From Candidatus Omnitrophota bacterium (lineage in GTDB: Bacteria; Omnitrophota; Gorgyraeia; Zapsychrales; Fredricksoniimonadaceae), in assembly GCA_903908245.1 (NCBI GenBank), contig CAIVRE010000030.1, forward strand, positions 11,857 through 75,856: DNA of 64,000 nucleotides. The letters run 5' to 3'. Shown in pieces: positions 58,314 to 64,000 of the stretch. The translations under genes were made by a program, and so were the position numbers. The notes beneath the pieces were generated by a model. The model did no database searches. It saw only the letters and a list, made by a program, of their open reading frames with translations, and was not told the DNA's origin. Numbering within the stretch: the stretch's first letter is position 1; each line of letters starts with the position of its first letter.

Positions 58314-58972
58314 TTCTTCTTGCGATAAAAATCCTTGATGATCCTGACCACTTCTTCCGGCTCATCAACAATATGATAAAGATACAGATCGTTCTCATCG
58401 ATGCACTTCTCGCCCAACAGCCTTTCCTTCATCCACTCCTGCAGGCCCTTCCAGAAATAACTGCCCACCATAATGACCGGGACTTTCGGCATGCGCCCGG
58501 TCTGGGTGAGCGTAAGGCTCTCAAAAAGCTCATCAAGCGTACCAAAACCGCCCGGGAACACCACCACCGCTTTGGCGTATTTCACGAACATCACCTTGCG
58601 GCAGAAGAAATAATGGAAGTTCACCAATGTCCGGATATACGGATTGGGCTTCTGCTCGAAGGGAAGCTCGATATTAAGCCCGATGCTCTCGCCCTTCGCC
58701 ATGAACGCCCCGCGATTGCCCGCCTCCATGATGCCAGGCCCTCCGCCTGTAATAACAGAATATTTGTTCTCTGCCAGCAACTTCGCCGTCTGCTCGCACA
58801 ATTGATACATCCTGTGGTTCGGCTTCAAACGTGCCGACCCAAAAATAGTCACCGCGTTCTCGACAGAATGAAGCCGGTCAAACCCCTCCACGAATTCCGC
58901 CATGATGCGAAAAATGCGCCACTGGTCCATTTCGTAAAAATCCGTCGACACCTTCTGTTCTTTTTTAGGCAT
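58310..58972 (-). CDS. LOG-family (TIGR00730) nucleotide 5'-monophosphate nucleosidase-like protein
   Basis: GGGPGIMEA and PGGFGTLDELFE LOG motifs. Confidence 0.85.
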   Translation of the reverse strand: MPKKEQKVSTDFYEMDQWRIFRIMAEFVEGFDRLHSVENAVTIFGSARLKPNHRMYQLCEQTAKLLAENKYSVITGGGPGIMEAGNRGAFMAKGESIGLNIELPFEQKPNPYIRTLVNFHYFFCRKVMFVKYAKAVVVFPGGFGTLDELFESLTLTQTGRMPKVPVIMVGSYFWKGLQEWMKERLLGEKCIDENDLYLYHIVDEPEEVVRIIKDFYRKKK

Positions 58973-58982
58973 TAGGGGCCCC

Positions 58983-61892
58983 TTAAAACATTAATGGTTT
59001 CTTCCACTGTGCCTTAAGCACATTGATATCCGCCTTCAGGCAAAGATTGTCCTTCAGGCCGTAATAAAACACCGCTTCATCCGCCAGCACCTGCCCGACC
59101 AGCTTGCAGGGAACATCCTTCACGGCCTTCTCAAAAGCCTTCTTGTCCTGAGGCGCGACCTCAACGACAAAACGGGAATTCGACTCGGAGAACAGGAGCA
59201 TGTCATCACGGTCCGAATGCCCCTCATACGGCACGCTTTTCAAAAGAAGCGCCGCGCCTAACCCTCCGGCAAAAGCCATCTCGGCCACCGCAACGGCCAG
59301 GCCGCCTTCGGAACAATCATGCGCCGAAGATACCAGTCCCCTGGCGATCGCCTTCGACAGCGACGTATAAACAGCCAATGCTTCCCGCGGACGGACCACC
59401 GGCACCTGCCCGCCGATATAACCGTACGACGCCAGGTAAGCCGACGCGCCCCATTCATCATATGTTGAACCGACCACATAAAGCAGCCCGCCGGCCCGCT
59501 TAAGGTCCATGGTGACCGAACGCGTAACATCGGCCACCATCCCGATCGCAGAGATCAGGATGGTCCCGGGGATCGCAATGGACTTGCCTTTATCGTTATA
59601 CTCGTTATAAAAACTGTCCTTGCCGGAAATGAACGGTGTGCCATAGGCGACCGCGAGATCATGACAACCTTTGGCCGCACGCACCAGCCCGCCCAGGCGA
59701 TCAGGTTTATCCGGATTCCCCCAGCAGAAATTGTCAAGCAGCGCGACCTGCGAAAGATCCCCGCCGACTGCAATGATCTGACGGATCGCTTCATCGACAG
59801 CGGACGCTGCCATCCAGTACGGATCGATCGCGCCAAAACGGGGATTGATCCCGTTGGATATCGCGATACCTTTATCCGTCCCCAAACGCGGCCGGAGCAC
59901 ACTGGCGTCGGATGGGCCATCGCATTTCGGCCCCGCGAAAGGCTTCACCACGCTGCCGCCCTGCACTTCATGATCATAACGGCGGACAACCGCTTCCTTG
60001 GAACAAATATTGAAATCCGCCAGGACCTCCATCAGCTTCGGCGTAAGGTCCGCCGGGCTTTCGAATTTCGGCATTTCATGCTTCGGCGCGGACCACAACG
60101 CTTTTTTGGTGATCCGGGGAGTCCCTTCATGCATAAAGGCCATATCCAGGTCGGCCATCCGCATGCCATTATAAAAAAGTTCGAGCCGCCCCGTACCGGG
60201 GAAAGTGCCGATGACCGCAAAATCCACATTCTCGGCGGCGAATATCTGCTTGAAACGTTCCAGGTTCTTCGGAGGGACCGACATGACCATCCGCTCCTGG
60301 GATTCCGAGATCCAGATCTCGGCATAATTCAACCCATGGTATTTCAGCGGCACAAGCTCCAGGTCAACGCGCGCGCCCAATTCCGCACCCATCTCGCCGA
60401 CCGCGCTCGAAAGCCCGCCCGCCCCGCAATCAGTAATGGCGGTATAAAGGCCTTCATCCCGCGCCTTGAGCAGGACATCCAAAACCTTCTTTTCTTCAAT
60501 AGGATTCCCGATCTGCACCGCGCCGGAAGACACCACCTCGGACTCGTGCGTCAGGTCTCCCGACGAAAACGTTGCGCCGTGAATGCCGTCGCGCCCGGTG
60601 CGGCCGCCGCAAACAACGATCAGGTCGTTCTTTTTAACTTTCTTGTGTTCCATCTTTCTGGGAATGATCCCGACCGTACCGCAAAAGACCAGCGGATTGC
60701 CCACATAACGGTCATCAAAACAAATAGCCCCGTTGACCGTCGGAATGCCCATCTTGTTGCCATAATCACGCACTCCGCTGACCACCCCCTTCATCACACG
60801 CTTGGGATGAAGGGCTCCGGACGGCAATTGATCAAAAGCAAAATCCGGACGGGCAAAACAAAACACATCCGTATTGCATATCGGCTTTGCGCCAAGGCCG
60901 GTCCCCAGGATATCGCGGATAACGCCACCCACGCCCGTATTGGCGCCACCGAACGGCTCCAGCGCGGAAGGATGGTTATGCGTCTCCACCTTGAAACACA
61001 CGTTGAACTTGTCATCAAATTTAATAACACCGGCGTTATCATGAAAGACCGACACACACCACGGCTTGTTCAGCGTGTTGGTGGCTTTAACGATGGTCTG
61101 CTTGAGCAGATTCTCAATGAACTCGGTCGTCGACTTCTTGCCTTCGGTGACGGTATACTCGATATTCCCGCGGAAAGTCTTGTGATTGCAATGCTCGCTC
61201 CAGGTCTGCGCCAGCGTCTCAAGCTCGATATCCGTCGGCTCGCGCTTCAAGCCCGCGAAATACTTCTCGATGACCTTCATCTCGTTCAAATTCAGATAAA
61301 GCTGCCCCTTTTTGCTCAACTCAACAAGCGCTTTATCGGACAAGCCGAGCATCCTGACCCTGGCCGGTTCGGGCGTGCTTAACACAGGTTCTTTTTGAGC
61401 AACAGACAACGGCCGGAAACTGTCCCGGGCATCTTTGACCGCATGCTGAACGATCTTGTTCATCAATACTTTATCTTTGATCAGCTCAAGCTCTTTGGAC
61501 GACAACGCGCCTTCTATAATATACCTGCGTGCCGTACGGACCGCGGTCACACCGCTTAACCCAAGGTCATGGATGCCTTTTAGAGTTGACGCTTCGACAG
61601 GGTCCATCACGCCGGGATTATACGCAACCTCAACTTCGCTGATACCTTTGCGGGGAGAAACTTTTGACGGGCGGTCGGTCAGGATATAATCCTGCACAAC
61701 AAGATCGACCAACAGGTTCCGGCAAATGCGGTCGGCGACAGGGCGGTCAATATCGCCTTCCAGAAGAAAAACCTGCACCGCACGCACATCCTTCACCGAC
61801 ACAATGCCAAGGTCAAGGATATCGTGACGCACGCCGGCGCCTGTCGAGTCAAATATGCCAGGTTTTTCCTGGATCTCAATACGCCAGATCAT
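58983..61892 (-). CDS. purL: phosphoribosylformylglycinamidine synthase II (PurL) with ~230-aa N-terminal PurS-like extension
   Basis: Core smPurL motifs (TWSEHCNHKTF...); 969 aa vs ~740 for smPurL, the extra N-terminus looks like two PurS-like units. No separate purS ORF seen. Confidence 0.85.
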   Translation of the reverse strand: MIWRIEIQEKPGIFDSTGAGVRHDILDLGIVSVKDVRAVQVFLLEGDIDRPVADRICRNLLVDLVVQDYILTDRPSKVSPRKGISEVEVAYNPGVMDPVEASTLKGIHDLGLSGVTAVRTARRYIIEGALSSKELELIKDKVLMNKIVQHAVKDARDSFRPLSVAQKEPVLSTPEPARVRMLGLSDKALVELSKKGQLYLNLNEMKVIEKYFAGLKREPTDIELETLAQTWSEHCNHKTFRGNIEYTVTEGKKSTTEFIENLLKQTIVKATNTLNKPWCVSVFHDNAGVIKFDDKFNVCFKVETHNHPSALEPFGGANTGVGGVIRDILGTGLGAKPICNTDVFCFARPDFAFDQLPSGALHPKRVMKGVVSGVRDYGNKMGIPTVNGAICFDDRYVGNPLVFCGTVGIIPRKMEHKKVKKNDLIVVCGGRTGRDGIHGATFSSGDLTHESEVVSSGAVQIGNPIEEKKVLDVLLKARDEGLYTAITDCGAGGLSSAVGEMGAELGARVDLELVPLKYHGLNYAEIWISESQERMVMSVPPKNLERFKQIFAAENVDFAVIGTFPGTGRLELFYNGMRMADLDMAFMHEGTPRITKKALWSAPKHEMPKFESPADLTPKLMEVLADFNICSKEAVVRRYDHEVQGGSVVKPFAGPKCDGPSDASVLRPRLGTDKGIAISNGINPRFGAIDPYWMAASAVDEAIRQIIAVGGDLSQVALLDNFCWGNPDKPDRLGGLVRAAKGCHDLAVAYGTPFISGKDSFYNEYNDKGKSIAIPGTILISAIGMVADVTRSVTMDLKRAGGLLYVVGSTYDEWGASAYLASYGYIGGQVPVVRPREALAVYTSLSKAIARGLVSSAHDCSEGGLAVAVAEMAFAGGLGAALLLKSVPYEGHSDRDDMLLFSESNSRFVVEVAPQDKKAFEKAVKDVPCKLVGQVLADEAVFYYGLKDNLCLKADINVLKAQWKKPLMF

Positions 61893-62596
61893 TTCCCTGT
61901 TACTCTCTTTAAGACTTCCTGATAACCTTCTTTAATATTGCCAAGGTCATTGCGGAAGCGGTCTTTATCCAGGCGGACACCGGTCCCGACCTCCCAAAGG
62001 CGGCAGGTATCGGGTGAGATCTCATCCGCCAGGATGATCTCGCCCTTACAGCGGCCGAACTCGATCTTGAAATCGATCAGCTCGATATTAAGCGCCAGAA
62101 AAAACTTCTTCATCAGCTCATTGACCTTCATGGTGATCGTCCTGATCGCACGCAGTTCCTCTTCCGTCGCGAGGCCAAGCGCCACCACATGGTCGTCATT
62201 CATGAGCGGATCATTGAACGCATCGTTCTTGTAGCATAATTCATAGATCGGCCGCGCAAGCGTCTTGCCTTCCGGCACTCCGTAATTACGGCACAGGGAG
62301 CCAGCCGCACGGTTACGGATAATGACCTCGACCGGGACAATACTGACCTTCTTGACCAGCATTTCACGGTCACTCAGCTTCTTGACAAAATGCGTAGGGA
62401 CCCCGCTCTTTGTCAGGAATTCGAACATGCTCGATGAAATACCGTTGTTCATCACGCCTTTTTCATCGATAACGCCCTTCTTCTTGCCATTCCCTGCCGT
62501 CGCATCATCCTTGAAATACTGGATGACCAGGTCCGCGTTATCCGTCGCGTAAAGGATCTTGGCCTTGCCTTCGTAAAGCTTCTCTCTTTTCTCCAT
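61889..62596 (-). CDS. purC: SAICAR synthetase
   Basis: MEKREKLYEGKAKILYATD...; start at the internal MEKRE. Confidence 0.93.
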   Translation of the reverse strand: MEKREKLYEGKAKILYATDNADLVIQYFKDDATAGNGKKKGVIDEKGVMNNGISSSMFEFLTKSGVPTHFVKKLSDREMLVKKVSIVPVEVIIRNRAAGSLCRNYGVPEGKTLARPIYELCYKNDAFNDPLMNDDHVVALGLATEEELRAIRTITMKVNELMKKFFLALNIELIDFKIEFGRCKGEIILADEISPDTCRLWEVGTGVRLDKDRFRNDLGNIKEGYQEVLKRVTGK

Positions 62597-62686
62597 ACAT
62601 TGCCCCTTTATCATTATCGGGACACATAGAATTTTCGATCAGTCGACCGCAGAAAAATTCAATATGTCCCGTGCATGACCTCAGTA

Positions 62687-63982
62687 TTATTTAATCCCCA
62701 CGCGCTTGAACACATAATCGCGATGCTTGATGTAATACTTGATATCAAAACACGCATCGATCTCTTCCTTGGAAAGATACTTGCGCACACGGCGGTCGCG
62801 GTTAAGCACATCACGGAAGTCGGATGTTTCCTGCCACACCTGCATGGCCGCGCTCTGAATGATCTCGTAAGCCTCGCTGCGCGCCAGGCCCTTCTTCATC
62901 AACTCCAGCAAACAACGCTGGGAATAGATCAGCCCGCGCGTGATCTGCAGGGAATTGATCATGTTCTTGGGGTAAACCAGAAGCCCGTCGATCAAGGGGA
63001 TGAACTTGTTGAGCATATAATCCAGGGCGATCGTGCTGTCCGGCAGGATGATCCGCTCGGCGGAACTGTGGCTGATGTCGCGCTCGTGCCACAACGCGAT
63101 ATTATCCAGCCCGATCGACGCATTCGCCTTGAGGATACGCGCCAGCCCGCAGATCCGCTCGCACGTCACAGGGTTGCGCTTGTGCGGCATGGCCGAAGAC
63201 CCGATCTGGCCTTTGAAAAAAGGCTCTTCCACTTCAAGCACTTCCGTCTTCTGCAACAGGCGGATCTCGGTCGCGAATTTATTGAGGGACGCGCCCACCA
63301 GGGCGAGCACATTGAGGAAATTCGCGTGATGATCGCGCTGAATGACCTGGGTCGCGATATTCGCCGGCTTTAAATTCAATTTCTGACAAACATATTCTTC
63401 GACAAAGGGGTCAATATTCGCGTATGTTCCGACCGCCCCCGAAAGCTTACCCACGCGCATATCTTCCGCGGCGAGCTCCAGGCGCTTGAGGTTGCGCGTC
63501 ATCTCATCATACCAAAGCGCCATCTTGAGGCCGAACGTCATCGGCTCGGCATGTACGCCATGGGTACGCGCGATACAAACCGTATCCTTGTACTTCTTGG
63601 CTTTCGCCTTGAGGATCGCCAGCAGCTTCTTCATGTCGCCGATCAGGATATCGGACGCTTCCACGCACTGAACAGAAATAGACGTATCAATAAGGTCGGA
63701 CGACGTCATCCCCATATGAAGATACTGGGCTTCCGCTCCGATATTCTCGCCGACATTATGGATGAACGCCACCACATCGTGCTTGGTGCGCTCTTCAATG
63801 CGCTTGACCTCGTCAAGGTCGAACTTGGCGTTCTTTTTGATCTTCTCGAGCGCGGGCTTGGGGATCTTGCCGAGCTGACACATGGCCTCACAGGCCAAGA
63901 CTTCGATCTGAAGCATGATCTCGAGCTTGCGCTGCTCGGACCAAATGCGGCCCATCTTGGAAAGTGTGTAACGGTCGATCAT
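62687..63982 (-). CDS. purB: adenylosuccinate lyase
   Basis: MIDRYTLSKMGRIWSEQRKLEIMLQIEVLA...; fumarate-lyase signature. Confidence 0.95.
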   Translation of the reverse strand: MIDRYTLSKMGRIWSEQRKLEIMLQIEVLACEAMCQLGKIPKPALEKIKKNAKFDLDEVKRIEERTKHDVVAFIHNVGENIGAEAQYLHMGMTSSDLIDTSISVQCVEASDILIGDMKKLLAILKAKAKKYKDTVCIARTHGVHAEPMTFGLKMALWYDEMTRNLKRLELAAEDMRVGKLSGAVGTYANIDPFVEEYVCQKLNLKPANIATQVIQRDHHANFLNVLALVGASLNKFATEIRLLQKTEVLEVEEPFFKGQIGSSAMPHKRNPVTCERICGLARILKANASIGLDNIALWHERDISHSSAERIILPDSTIALDYMLNKFIPLIDGLLVYPKNMINSLQITRGLIYSQRCLLELMKKGLARSEAYEIIQSAAMQVWQETSDFRDVLNRDRRVRKYLSKEEIDACFDIKYYIKHRDYVFKRVGIK

Positions 63983-64000
63983 AAAAAAATCTCCTTTATT

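Noticed and set aside
59661-61382. 573-aa plus-strand ORF
   Set aside because: It is antisense to purL, with no recognisable domains; shadow ORF.

Overview
This 64-kb window comes from a moderately GC-rich bacterial genome, probably an uncultivated lineage. It is extremely gene-dense and every gene except one is on the minus strand, with many ATGA-type start/stop overlaps. No rRNA, tRNA, CRISPR array, transposase or integrase genes are present. I could not run homology searches, so all family assignments rest on motifs read directly from the translations. Coordinates I derived by hand, rather than from the ORF track, may be off by 1-2 nt.

(1) Positions ~1-36,000 are one large cell-surface glycan locus of the ABC-transporter-dependent kind, resembling an O-antigen or capsule cluster. 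It has a WecA/MraY-family initiating transferase, GT2 and GT4 glycosyltransferases, a Wzy_C/O-antigen-ligase-like membrane protein, a Wzm permease and a 907-aa Wzt ATPase with a triplicated C-terminal domain. Sugar-tailoring genes include two DegT aminotransferases, two CDP-paratose-2-epimerase-like SDRs, a PP-loop N-acetyl-sugar amidotransferase, and a NodU/CmcH carbamoyltransferase that is frameshifted and sits next to SxtJ/SxtK-like mini-proteins.

The unusual part is the radical SAM content: at least 9 radical SAM genes. Five are SPASM/twitch-type and one is cut by the window edge. Three are B12-binding. One is a GT2-radical-SAM fusion. There are also three paralogous membrane-anchored SGNH hydrolases with an inserted TPR array. 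I read this as a candidate undescribed pathway for radical-SAM tailoring of a surface polysaccharide (C-methylation, epimerisation, deoxygenation).

(2) Positions 36.0-45.4 kb form a heat-shock island. It runs dnaJ, dnaK, grpE, hrcA, a MORN-repeat exported protein, N-domain-less clpB, two Hsp20 genes (one with a signal peptide) and hspR. I found CIRCE operators, consensus sigma70 promoters and an inverted-repeat operator around the hspR promoter.

(3) Positions 45.5-64 kb are housekeeping genes. They are hflX, miaA, a TPR-SPOR protein, a macro-like/Nudix fusion, a CCA-adding enzyme, a BFN nuclease, nrdR, glyA, rpiB and a YrdC(Sua5)-LMW-PTP fusion. A purine operon follows: purE, purD, purM, purQ, a LOG gene, purL, purC and purB. 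A ~165-nt imperfect palindrome in the 5' leader of purD is a candidate structured RNA or MITE.
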